This document shows, one piece after another, positions 49,401-60,827 of a stretch of 64,000 bases of DNA. A program made the position numbers and the translations under genes. The notes beneath the pieces are model-generated. The model was not told where the DNA came from. It ran no database searches and saw nothing but the letters and a program-made list of their open reading frames with translations. Positions within the stretch are counted from its first letter, which is position 1. Each line of letters starts with the position of its first letter. Origin of the DNA: Macrostomum hystrix (lineage: Eukaryota > Animalia > Platyhelminthes); the NCBI GenBank assembly GCA_950097015.1, contig CATNEN010000039.1:7998001-8062000 (forward strand), in the 5' to 3' direction.

Positions 49401-52400
49401 ATCTCCCCAGTCCTTCAGTTCCGCTCTCCCCAGTCCTTCAGTTCCGCTCTCCCCAGTCCTTCAGTTCCGCTCTCCCCAGTCCTTCAGTTCCGCTCTCCCC
49501 AGACCTTCAGTATCGCTCGCTAATCTGATACTAAAGATTCCGTTTGATGAAAGTCTAGTACTGTATTTCAAATTAATAGTAATTCGCATCGAATTGTTTC
49601 CTCGTGCAAATTTCGTGCATTCACCAGAAAGCGGGCGTTGCAGGGCCGTTTTTGTTAAAATAAAAAAGTAAATTATTGCAAACGCGATGTAAAATCTGTT
49701 TGGATAAGGCCGATTAATTCGACCTTCAGTCATGCCAGAGAAGATTCATATTATGACAATAATTATCTAATTATCAACATTTCCTAACCCGCTTCAAACT
49801 TATTCAAAGTAATGTTATTTATACTACTGTATTGCATGGGCAAGGTAGTCACATTTTGATTATCGATGCAGCTGTCAGCTCCGTGTCCCTCACATGGCCT
49901 CCTCTGGCATGACATGCCGTCTTAGCCTTTAGTCAGAAGCAGTGATTTACTGCTTGTTTTCATTCAGCCAGTGTGATTTTAGCTCACGCTCTTGTTTCAC
50001 TGTAACCATCGCTGTCACGTGCGCCAAGGCATGGTCTACAACAAATACCTAAGGATCTACTATACATCAACACTCAAGCCAGCTAGGAAACATTGCTTCC
50101 AGAAGGAGAAAATTCACACGTCTGTCAACATGTTTCTGGTAAGGGCTTAGAACTATTGGTTTATTGGTTCCTTTGTTTAGCTTTTTGTGTTCTGTTTAGT
50201 TGAAACACACTCCGGACCCTGCGATGCCTTCTTGATCAGTTGTCAGTTAATCTTTCACTTTTAAATATTTCTGTTCTATAACAAATTTCTGCAATTCAGC
50301 TAAATGTCATCGTTATCTGAGTCCGCAATACTACAAGAATTGGCAATACAGGCATTTGAAGCGGCACCGACCGAATTTTAGAGTTTCCGCCGCTGTTGTG
50401 AGTCATATATTGGCGTAAATTAATGTGATTGGCTGGCGTAAACGCATGTGATTGGCTGGCGTAAGCGCCTTTGATTGGCTGGTGTAAACGCCTTTGATTG
50501 ACTGGCGTAAATGCTTGTGATTGGCTGGCAAAAACGCGTGTGATTTACTGGCTAGAATGTCTGCTGTCAAAAAAGATTAAGATGAAACTTGTCTTATTTC
50601 TTGTCAATAAAGAATAATTTATAGAATAGTTATAATAAAAATCTGCACAGCCCTGCCGCTTTAGCATTCCGGTTGTGTCGCCGCATTTCTACTCTAGAAT
50701 CATTTCCCTTGATTAAAAAATCCGTGACTCACGCAATTCACACAGTGAGCGCCAGGCGATACTTTGGTGGCCACTACAGTAAAAACCTGCGCACCGCTTA
50801 TAAGTTGCGCAAGCGAGAACTAGACACTATGATCATTGTGCGGCAGAGCCTGGTGCGTTTGACTATCCAAGTTAGGACTGCTATCTAAAAATGCGATCGT
50901 CAAATATGATTTTAAAGTCATTCGATCATTTCTAGAACAAGTTTTTCGATTTGTACAGGTCTAGTTGATGGGATTGTAGATCTCTAGTTAATGGGATTGT
51001 AGATCTAGTTGATGGGATTGTAGATCTAGTTAATGGGATTGTAGATCTAGTCGATGGGATTGTAGATCTAGTCGATGGGATTGTAGATCTAGTCGATGGG
51101 ATTGTAGATCTAGTTAATGGGATTGTTAATCTAGTTTCTGAGCTTTTATATCCAGTTTTTAGGTTTTATTTATCTAAATTCATGTATCTTGTTTTTGATT
51201 AGTAGATCAAAATCTATACACCGTTCTAGAAAATTTGGGTAGGTTTCAGAGTTAATTTTTTTGGTTTTAAATTACCATATTTTGTAATTGCGTCTGTTCC
51301 TTGTTTCTTTTTTAAAAACAAGAATTTGCTTTAATTTAAAGTGAAAAGCCCTGCATCGTCCAATATTTTGTGCGGTCAATTAGTTTCATGCAGATTTATT
51401 AAAACTGCCTGACGTTAATGATAACTAATAGGACTAGCAGAGAAATACTTTCGCTGCTACTATGCCAAGAATCTGAAATATCCGTTTCGCTCCGTTGTCA
51501 AGGATGTTGATAGACAACGCTTTATCGGCAGGCTGATGGTTTGTTTTTATTCTATCGGCTTTCAGCTGATCAGACTCAATTTTGGAGTTAGCTTGGATAT
51601 AGACGTGTTATTATGCTTAGCTACCAACTTATCACATGGGAAGACAGGGCAGACTCGGGAGAGGAGGACAGGACACTCGGGAGGGGAGGACATGACAGAC
51701 TCGGGAGAGGAGGACAGGAAACTCGGGAGAAGAGGACAGGACACTCGGGAGAGGAGGACAGGACAGACTCGGGAGAGGAAGACAGGACAGACTCGGGAGA
51801 GGAAGACAGGACAGACTCGGGAGAGGAAGACAGGCAGGACACTCGAGAGAGGAGGACAGGACACTCGGGAGGGGAGGACAGGACAGACTCGGGAGAGGAA
51901 GACAGGACAGACTCGGGAGAGGAGGACAGGACAGACTCGGGAGAGGAAGACAGGACAGACTCGGGAGAGGAGGACAGGACAGACTCGGGAGAGGAGGACA
52001 GGACAGACTCGGGAGAGGAAGACAGGCAGGACAGACTCGGGAGAGGAAGACAGGACAGACTCGGGAGAGGAGGACAGGACAGACTCGGGAGAGGAAGACA
52101 GGCAGGACAGACTCGGGAGAGGAAGACAGGACACTCGGGAGAGGAGGACAGGACACTCGGGAGGGGAGGACAGGACAGACTCGGGAGAGGAAGACAGGAC
52201 AGACTCGGGAGAGGAGGACAGGACAGACTCGGGAGAGGAAGACAGGCAGGACAGACTCGGGAGAGGAAGACAGGACAGACTCGGGAGAGGAGGACGGGAC
52301 ACTCGGGAGAGGAGAACAGGACAGACTCGGGAGAGGAGGACAGGACAGACTCGGGAGAGGAAGACAGGCAGGACAGACTCGGGAGAGGAAGACAGGACAG

Positions 52401-53276
52401 ACTCGGGAGAGGAGGACGGGACACTCGGGAGAGGAGAACAGGACAGACTCGGGAGAGGAAGACAGGACACTCGGGAGAGGAGGACAGGACACTCGGGAGA
52501 GGAGGACTGGACACTCGGGAGAGGAGGACAGGACACTCGGGAGAGGAGGACAGGACACCCGGGAGAGGAGGACAGGACACTCGGGAGAGGAGGACAGGAC
52601 ACTCGGGAGAGGAGGACAGGACACTCGGGAGAGGAGGACAGGACACTCGGGAGAGGAGGACAGGACACTCGGGAGAGGAGGACAGGACACTCGGGAGAGG
52701 AGGACAGGACACTCGGGAGAGGAGGACAGGACACTCGGGAGAGGAGGACAGGACACTCGGGAGAGGAGGACAGGACACTCGGGAGAGGAGGACAGGAGAG
52801 AAGCTGGCAAAGAATTGTATATCAAGGGCCTGAAGGTGGCAGCTTACACGGATTTCCCCGCATACCGCACGCAGAAGCTCAATAGGCGGCAGAAGAGCTT
52901 CGAGCTATTCAAGGAAGAGCTGGACCCGGCTAGCAGGGCCAAGTTTGAGAGCGTGCTCACCCGGGACTACACGAGCTCGGATGAGGAGGGCGGCACAGAT
53001 TTGGACTCGGAGATGAAGGTGCGCAGCCTGCCGTGGGAGAGCGACGAATTGCGGGAGATGAAGCGGCGCCTTGACGAGGCCTACCTGGCTAGGCTGGCCG
53101 ACGAGAAGCAGCGAGCTGAGATTGGCCGGCTGCAGCGGGACCCGTCCGTGCTGTCCAACAGGCCGCCACCAGCTGACAGCTTGGCCTGGGCCAAGAATCC
53201 CGCATGGCAGCAGCTGGCTTCGGGCGTCGGCGAGGTCGGCGTCGACGAGGACGAATCTGGCGGCGGCCTGCTCTGA
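46492..53276 (+). CDS. Uncharacterised protein, paralogue B (same family), 4 coding exons, ~425 aa
   Basis: Exons 46492-46776, 47443-47926, 50746-50852, 52875-53276 (1278 nt, phases 0/1/0). Motifs FSPLTMFECTIS, IKPE, WKGILRKAY..FDFSLPYS, ARRYF..LRTAY, KLNRRQKSF, DYTSSDEE..LPWES..LD..SNRPPPADSLAWA. Confidence 0.8.
46853..47410. repeat. 24-bp minisatellite (~23 copies), paralogue B intron 1
   Basis: Unit GGTAGGTAGATTTGGATGATGACT. Confidence 0.95.
47981..49510. repeat. 23-bp minisatellite (~66 copies), paralogue B intron 2
   Basis: Unit CAGTCCTTCAGTTCCGCTCTCCC. Confidence 0.95.
50960..51135. repeat. 21-bp minisatellite (~8 copies), paralogue B intron 3
   Basis: Unit TCTAGTTGATGGGATTGTAGA. Confidence 0.9.
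51640..52797. repeat. 22/26/30-bp purine-rich minisatellite, paralogue B intron 3
   Basis: Unit ACACTCGGGAGAGGAGGACAGG with 4-bp insertion variants. Confidence 0.95.
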
Positions 53277-53828
53277 GCTCACAACTCACAAGAGTACCAG
53301 CGGATGCGCCACTTTCATTGCTGCGGGTTCTGCATTGCAGATCACCTCGCCCGCTCCATCTATTCGCCCTCTCTTGATCTATCAATCTTGTCGTATCATA
53401 CCTCTCCTCTCTTTCTCTCACACCTCTCCTCTCTCTCTCACACCTCTACGCTCTTTCTCTCACACCTCTCCTCTCTTTCTCTCACACCTCTCCTCTCTTT
53501 CTCTCACACCTCTCCTCTCTTTCTCTCTCATCTCGTCTCTCCTTCTCTCCCATATAGTCTATACTCAAGTTTCTGAGTGCAATAATCCTAGTTGCGTTTA
53601 ATTCTATACATATCGGGAGGTCTGCTGCCTATTGCTATTGCACAGCATATTTGAGTAGGCACAGCAGTTCTGTACAGTCAGTTTAATACTGTCATTTTTA
53701 GTGAATCTGTGTGCATGCTATTGTAACGGATATGCTTCTCTGTTTTTAATCTATACTTAGATTTACGCTTTTGTTATTACCACACCGTTGAGTTATAAGC
53801 TGTATTAAAAAATAAGAAAAACTTTGAC

Positions 53829-53837
53829 CCGGAAGTG
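53829..53837 (+). promoter_or_regulatory. ETS-type motif CCGGAAGTG, candidate promoter element upstream of MCMDC2
   Basis: Exact match to the ETS/GABP consensus in AT-rich unique DNA; a single short motif that could be chance. Confidence 0.25.
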
Positions 53838-54804
53838 CAGCTATAATGAAAAATAGCAACTTTTAGGTTATCTTCTAATTTAAGTAACTAAATTGCACTT
53901 CAATTGTGCTGTTCATTGTTACAATTTTGTTTCTTACAAGCTTAGCCTCATGTACAGTTGAACCTGACCAATCCCTGACAGCCCCTACCCACCTCCATGT
54001 ACACACTTCCCTGTACACACTTCCCTGTACACACTTCCCTGATCAACCCGACGGCCCCTACCCACCCTAACGTACACCCACCCCTAAAGAATCCCTGACA
54101 ACCCCAACCCACCCCCAATGTACACACTTCCCTGACCAATCCGATAACCCCTACCCTCCGCAACGTACATCCACTCCTTAACTATCCATCTGTGCTGTAG
54201 TTAAAAGTTCGTGTTATTTTTTGTATAGTTGCAAAATAAGAACTTCTAATTTCTGTTATTTCTTTTAGAATGCTGTATAATCCCTTGTAGCCAACTTTTA
54301 CTAAGTCCAAGTATTTCATACAGCTTAATGTTGACCTGTATTGAATGTTAAATGCAATTCCGTATTGTATTTCCAACTATGATTTCTAGATACACTACTC
54401 ACAGAAAGTAGCACTGCAAGGCTCGCTGTTTGCAGTTGCCTTTCTTCGTGTTCTGTTTTAACCCTTCTGTTGAATTGCTAGACTGGCATTTATGTTTCGC
54501 TTCTGATTTTACACTGTTCATAAAAACTCTTGTCCCGATAAAACTGCATGCTAACTTATCAAAATGGTTAAATAACAGTGTTGAATAAAATTAATTTAAA
54601 CTATTTCACCTCTGCTAGAAAGGCGCGTTTAGGCTCATTTTTTAATTACCTCCTAGCTATTTCATATAAGAATATGCGTTTTAGCTACAGTTTATTTAGT
54701 AGGATGAACCAGCATGTGGAGACCTATCTATTTATTGTTTCACAGTAGAAAGACCTCGATCTTTTTTCTGTATCTCGCAAAATAATCAACCAATCGCCAT
54801 TTAA

Positions 54805-55087
54805 GTCCATCTGCCCCAATTGGTTCAGATGTGCAGCCGACAGCACAGCCGCAGCTAATGCGCGGCGCATCTGAAGGCTGCGTACAGCTGTTCAGTCCAC
54901 GGACTGGGGGGACGCCACACCCACCTTCAATTATCCCAGCGGTACCCATTTAACAGCTGGGTGAACTGAAGCAATGCAGAGTTAAGTGTTTTGGTAAAGG
55001 ACGCAAATTGTTCCTGTGGAGTCGGGAATCGAACCCCCGACCTTCTAGTCGTGAGTCCGACGCCCTAACCACTAGGCTACAACCTCT
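54805..55087 (-). mobile_element. tRNA-derived CORE-type SINE, full length
   Basis: Near-identical to the 38325-38641 copy. Confidence 0.87.
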
Positions 55088-55109
55088 GCCCATAACATAA
55101 CATAAAGTC

Positions 55110-55358
55110 CATAACATTGGCTACAATTTCCGCTCTATCCTATGAAACAACTTCTAGAATCACGACGAATATCGCGACGTTGAATCATCGTTGAATATCT
55201 CGACGATGCTGACTCGGACGGCTTTGAAAGCTAGTTCATCGTAAGGGGCAGAAAATTTTGATCCATATGGTGGACTTTTACGAAAGTCGGTCATTCGGTA
55301 TGGGAGCTATCGGAAGTAGGCAGTGGGGATTTGAGATACCCGCGTGGTCTATCCCCAG
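55110..55358. mobile_element. Unclassified dispersed repeat, copy 2 (internally deleted)
   Basis: Shares TTTCCGCTC..AGAATCACGA, GAATATCTCGACGATGCTGAC..GACGGCTTTGAA and GTGGGGATTTGAGATACCCGCGTGGTCT with copy 1. Confidence 0.7.
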
Positions 55359-55401
55359 TGGGAAAATAACGTGGTCGCATCATTCCAGCATTCTGCAAGT
55401 C

Positions 55402-58400
55402 ATGTCTGCATCGCCATCGCATGATGCGCCTTCCGAGCCTCTTCAACTGGACACCAGCGACCTGCTGGAGTCCTGGCTAATGTACTTTGAATACACCGAC
55501 CTACTGCGGGACCTCCTTGACGACATTGGTCGGCTTTGCGAGCCGGCCCGGGCTGACGAGATTCTCAAGGAGGTCTGCGTGCCGATTGACTACCCTCTGC
55601 TGGCTGAGACACAGCCCGGCTTGGCCCAATATCTCATTGACGACTTTGCCGATTGTCTTGAAAGCATTGGCCGGCTGCTCAGCGCTGCCGCCGCCTCTGC
55701 CGCCTCCGCCAGCTCCGAGTCCAACGGCATCAGCCTGCTACCCGGCCAGCTGCTAGTGCAGCCGCGAATCTTCCAGTTTCCTGGCGCTGTCTTCGGCGTC
55801 GCCAATGTGGCTCAAATGCGCCGTCGTCTGGGACGCCTGAGCAGTCTTGACTGTCAGGTTGTCTGCGTGGAGCAGCCGGCACAATGCGATAGGTGCGGTC
55901 AGCTGCCAGTAGCTTCTGAAGGATTGAGTCGGGTTGTAGGAGAACAACCAATAGAGTGAAGGATTGGGGTGGGTTGTAGGAGAACAACCAATAGAGTGAA
56001 GGATTGGGGTGGGTTGTAGGAGAACAACCAATAGAGTGATGGATTGGGGTGGGTTGTAGGAGAACAACCAATGGAGTGAAGGATTGGGGTGGGTTGTAGG
56101 AGAACAACCAATAGAGTGAAGGATTGGGGTGGGTTGTAGGAGAACAACCAATGGAGTGAAGGATTGGGGTGGGTTGTAGGAGAACAACCAATAGAGTGAA
56201 GGATTGGGGTGGGTTGTAGGAGAACAACCAATAGAGTGAAGGATTGGGGTGGGTTGTAGCAGACCAGCCAATGCAGTGAAGGATTGGGGTGCTTAATTAG
56301 AGTATGGCAAATTTGGATGACCACTCATCCATTTGATTCCATTTGGATGAGTGAAATGTGATCCACGAATCAAGTAAAGCACGGCAGCAGAATAGTCAGT
56401 AAGAAATCATTTAAATTTTTCCAGGAATTTAGTGTTAAAATATTTTTCCTCTCTTTGAATTCCATGCAGGGCTCTTCGGTTCGAGTGCCGCGATCGTAAC
56501 TGCCCTTCCGCCAGAGACGCGAACAGCAATAGGCCTGTCGGCCAAGGCGAAGACGACGGCGATGATCTCGACGCTCTCGCTGGAAGCCTGCTTCTCCAGC
56601 GTCGGCCCGGAGATGCCTTGGCAACAGTCATACCGAAAAGCGAGCTCCCAGTTTTGTGCCCAACCTGCAGCTCAGTCATGGCGCAGGTCGCCAGCGGCCG
56701 CGTCCAGACGGACCGTCTTCGGGCCATTGTCCTTCCGGTCAAGCCGGCTGCCCGTTCTGGACTGCGCTGGCCGATTCGCTGCGTTGCTCTGGGCAACCGG
56801 CTGATTCGACAGCTGACTCTTGGCCGGCGCTGCCGCCTGATTGGCCTGCCGGTTGCTGACCGAGTGGCTAACCCCGGAATGGCTGGTTGCCACTTCCAGA
56901 TCATCGACTGCGAGCCGCTCGCCGGCGGCCCTCCGATTGGACCCCCTGTCAGGTGAGATTGAACTGCCTGTCAGGTGATAGCGACCGCTTTGAGAGTAGG
57001 AAGAGAGGAAATGAGAGATTGGGAAGAGAGGAACTGAGGGATTGAGAAGAGAGGAAGTGAGGGATTGAGAAGAGGGGAATGAGAGATGGGGAAGAGAGGA
57101 AGTGAGGGGTTGGGAAGAGAGGGTGTGAGGGATAGGGAAGAGGGGAATGAGAGATGGGGAAGGCAGGGAATGAGAGGTCGGGAATCAGCATTCACGCCAA
57201 TGCTGAACCTGTAATGATGACTCAGTATCCAACGGGCTTCAACTTGCTACATCATCCGCAGGCCACTCGCCCTTCGGCCCGACCTGTCGGCCAGTCGGTT
57301 CGGCACCGCCCTTCAGGCCGCCTTCCACCTGTGTGGAGACGCCACCCCGCCGGGCTCCTGGATGACCGTCAAGTTGGCCATCCTGCTGCAACTGCTGGCC
57401 GCTTCAAGTATCGATCAGCAACACCAACAGCAGCGGCAGATGCCCACCTGTGAGATAGGCGATGAAGCCGAGAGGCTGCGCCCGATATCACTCTGCATCA
57501 TGTCACCCGGAGATTCGAACTCTGTCCACCGCCTGCTGCGATCTTTGGCGAAGGCCCTCAGCTCCGCCTGCATTGTTCATCGCTGCGGCGGCGGCAGTCC
57601 CGTGGCAGCAGCTCCCGTAGCTGCTAAGCAGGCCTGGTTCGATTCCACGGCTCAGGTAAGCACCGGGTAGACCGGGTAGGTGGGACTAACTAGAACATTT
57701 TTTCGTTATAAAATTCTTCGTCCTCTACTTAGAATAGCAGCATAAACTATACAGCTAGACTCGCAAAAGGAACTATACAGCTAGACTCGCAAAAGGAACT
57801 ATACAGCTATAATCTCAGCAGGAACTATAGCTAGAATCGCACCAGGAACCGTAGCTAGAATTGCAGCAGGAACTATAGCTAGAATCGCAACAGGAACTAT
57901 AGCTCTAGAATCGCAGCAGGAGCTATAGCTAGAATTGCAGCAGGAACTATAGCTAGAATCGTCTAGTATTGGACTCTATATTTTACTGCCCCAGGCCACT
58001 GAGGCGGGCACGCTGGCCCTGGCTGGCCCAGGTGACCTGGCCCTGTTCCCCTACCTGGCCGGCATGCGCAAAGCGGACCTGCACTGCCTAGCCTGGGCCA
58101 TGGAGGTCGGGCTGGCCGCCTCTCCGACCGCCGCCGCCGCCTCCGGCCGCTTCGGACCACCGCTGCTTCAATGCGGCATTCTCGGCCTGCTAGAGCGGGC
58201 CGCCTCCGAAGCCGACGGTTGCTATGGCAACGATGACCAATTCGACGATCAGCAGACAGGCCTGTCGCTGGTTGGCTTCAAGCCTGAGCTGCTGGGCATG
58301 CGGCCCGAGCTGCGCAGCCTGCTTTGCCGATTTCGACTGTACATTGAATGCGAGGAGCCCGACCAGGCCGCCGCCACCCGCCACTGTCTGGCTGCGGCCT

Positions 58401-59349
58401 GCGATGACATCAAAGACCTGCGGGCCAAATCTGATGAGGTCAGTCTCTTGGTAGCTCTTTATTCCCTGCTCCATTATCCTCTCCTCTCTTCTTCTCTGCG
58501 CCCCTATCCTCTCCTCTCCTCTTCTCTGCTCCCCTATCCTCTCCTGTCCTCCCCTATCCTTTCCTCTCTTCTTCTCTGCTCCCCTATCCTCTCCTGTCCT
58601 CCCCTATCCTCTCCTCTCTTCTTCTCTGCTCCCCTATCCTCCCCTCTCCTCTTCTCTGCTCCCCTATCCTCTCCTCTCCTCTTCTCTGCTCCCCTATCCT
58701 CTCCTATCCTCTTCTCTGCACCCCTGTCCTCTCCTATCCTCTTCTCTGCTCCCCTATCCTCCCCTCTCCTCTTCTCTGCTCCCCTATCCTCTCCTCTCAT
58801 CTTCACTGCTCCCCCATCCTCTTCTCTGCTACCCTATCCTATTCTCCGTTCCCCTATACATTTCTCTGCTCCCATACCCGTTTCTATCCTCTACTCTCCT
58901 TCCTTCTTTCATTTGCTGATGCACTGCACCTGAAACCGCGGTCGCACCAGGTGATGCGGCTGGTGCTGAGCCAGCGCCACCGGGTCTGCCAGTTCGAAGA
59001 GTCGGCCGCTTCGGCTCTGCAGCGCCACTTCATGGCCGGCAGGCGGGTGTTCGAAGCTAAGCGGCTGAGCTTCGGCCTGGACTCCATGGCCAGCCTCACC
59101 GCCTTGGCCGCCGCGCACGCCAGGCTCAACTGCCGCTCCGTTGTCATCACAGACGACGTCATCCTAGCCGCCTATCTGCTGGAGGTGTCCGCCTATTGTC
59201 TGCACGGCTCGTCTCACTTCTCAATATCCTACCTTGGCCACCTGGATGAGCTGAATGCTCAGGTTGCTGAAGATTTTCACTCCTGTCTCCTTGCATTCCA
59301 CCAGTCTGTTGAGGCCTTCATGGACAGGCTTCCGTCTTCTGAGGAGTGA
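55402..59349 (+). CDS. MCMDC2: MCM domain-containing protein 2 (catalytically degenerate MCM paralogue, meiotic recombination), 5 coding exons, ~736 aa
   Basis: Exons 55402-55892, 56470-56952, 57262-57655, 57995-58438, 58951-59349 (2211 nt, phases 2/2/0/0). MCM N-domain Zn-finger remnants RFECRDRNCP...LCPTCSS; LGRRCRLIGLP; TPPGSWMTVKLAILLQL; EAGTLALA; C-terminal AHARLNCRSVVITDDVILAAYLLE. Walker A and B are degenerate (SPGDSNS; no IDEFDKM), as expected for MCMDC2 rather than MCM2-9. Confidence 0.8.
55918..56290. repeat. 40-bp minisatellite (~9 copies), MCMDC2 intron 1
   Basis: Unit GTGAAGGATTGGGGTGGGTTGTAGGAGAACAACCAATAGA. Confidence 0.95.
57745..57961. repeat. 24-bp minisatellite, degenerate block in MCMDC2 intron 3 (same family as 59627-60715)
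   Basis: Unit AGGAACTATAGCTAGAATCGCAGC. Confidence 0.9.
58475..58880. repeat. ~30-bp polypyrimidine minisatellite, MCMDC2 intron 4
   Basis: Unit CCCCTATCCTCTCCTCTCCTCTTCTCTGCT and variants. Confidence 0.85.
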
Positions 59350-59626
59350 TTTTGTTGCGTTTATTGCAACTCTGTTTATCGTTCGCAAGACTTTTTTGTT
59401 TAGCAATTTTCTGCTTTTTTAGCAAAGCTTTTGGTTCTGTTTTCCAAATTAGTTTTTTAATTAACCTTTTTTGTTTCTTTACCTCTAATAAAGAAAGGAG
59501 TTTTTTATTGGCAGCTTTCTACTCATTTTTTAAACATCTAGTTTTCCGCCTGTCCATTTTTTGTTAGCCAAGTTATAATAAGCTGTCATATCTATTTGTT
59601 GCTCAAATCATAAGGAGCTAAAGCTT

Positions 59627-60715
59627 GAATCGCAAAAGGAACTATAGCTAAAATCGCAGCAGGAACTATAGCTAAAATCGCAGCAGGAACTATAGCTAAA
59701 ATCGCAGCAGGAACTATAGCTAAAATCGCAGCAGGAACTATAGCTAGAATCGCAGCAGGAACTATAGCTAAAATCGCAGCAGGAACTATAGCTAAAATCG
59801 CAGCAGGAACTATAGCTAAAATCGCAGCAGGAACTATAGCTAGAATCGCAGCAGGAACTATGGCTAGAATCGTAAAAGGAACTATAGCTAGAATCGCAGC
59901 AGGAACTATAGCTAGAATCGCAGCAGGAACTATAGCTAGAATCGCAGCAGGAACTATAGCTAGAATCGCACCAGGAACCGTGGCTAGAATCGCAGCAGGA
60001 ACTATAGCTAGAATCACAGCAGGAACTATAGCTAAAATCGCAGCAGGAACTATAGCTAAAATCGCAGCAGGAACTATAGCTAAAATCGCAGCAGGAACTA
60101 TAGCTAAAATCGCAGCAGGAACTATAGCTAGAATCGCAGCAGGAACTATAGCTAAAATCGCAGCAGGAACTATAGCTAAAATCGCAGCAGGAACTATAGC
60201 TAAAATCGCAGCAGGAACTATAGCTAAAATCGCAGCAGGAACTATAGCTAGAATCGCAGCAGGAACTATGGCTAGAATCGTAAAAGGAACTATAGCTAGA
60301 ATCGCAGCAGGAACTATAGCTAGAATCGCAGCAGGAACTATAGCTAGAATCGCACCAGGAACCGTGGCTAGAATCGCAGCAGGAACTATAGCTAGAATCA
60401 CAGCAGGAACTGTAGCTAGAATCGCAAAAGGAACTATAGCTAGAATCGCAGCAGGAACTATAGCTAGAATCACAGCAGGAACTGTAGCTAGAATCGCAAA
60501 AGGAACTATAGCTAGAATCGCAGCAGGAACTATAGCTAGAATCGCAGCAGGAACTATAGCTAGAATCGCAGCAGGAACTATAGCTAGAATCGCAGCAGGA
60601 ACTATAGCTAGAATCGCAGCAGGAACTATAGCTAGAATCGTAGCAGGAACAATGGCTAGAATCGTAGCAAAAACTATAGCTAGAATCGCAGCAGGAACTA
60701 TACAGTTAGAATCGC
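59627..60715. repeat. 24-bp minisatellite (~45 copies) in the MCMDC2 - paralogue C spacer
   Basis: Unit AGGAACTATAGCTA(G/A)AATCGCAGC. Confidence 0.95.
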
Positions 60716-60827
60716 TAGTATTGATTTTGACTGGCGACTGAAAATTTCGATTCCAGTGCGTTGCCTTTGGCAAGCGTTTAAAAACAAATCAAGTAACGCA
60801 ACAAGAGATTGATCAACAACATCCAGC

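Noticed and set aside
47927-52874. ORFs of 385-524 aa on both strands
   Set aside because: They lie in minisatellites within introns 2-3 of paralogue B; only 50746-50852 is a supported exon.
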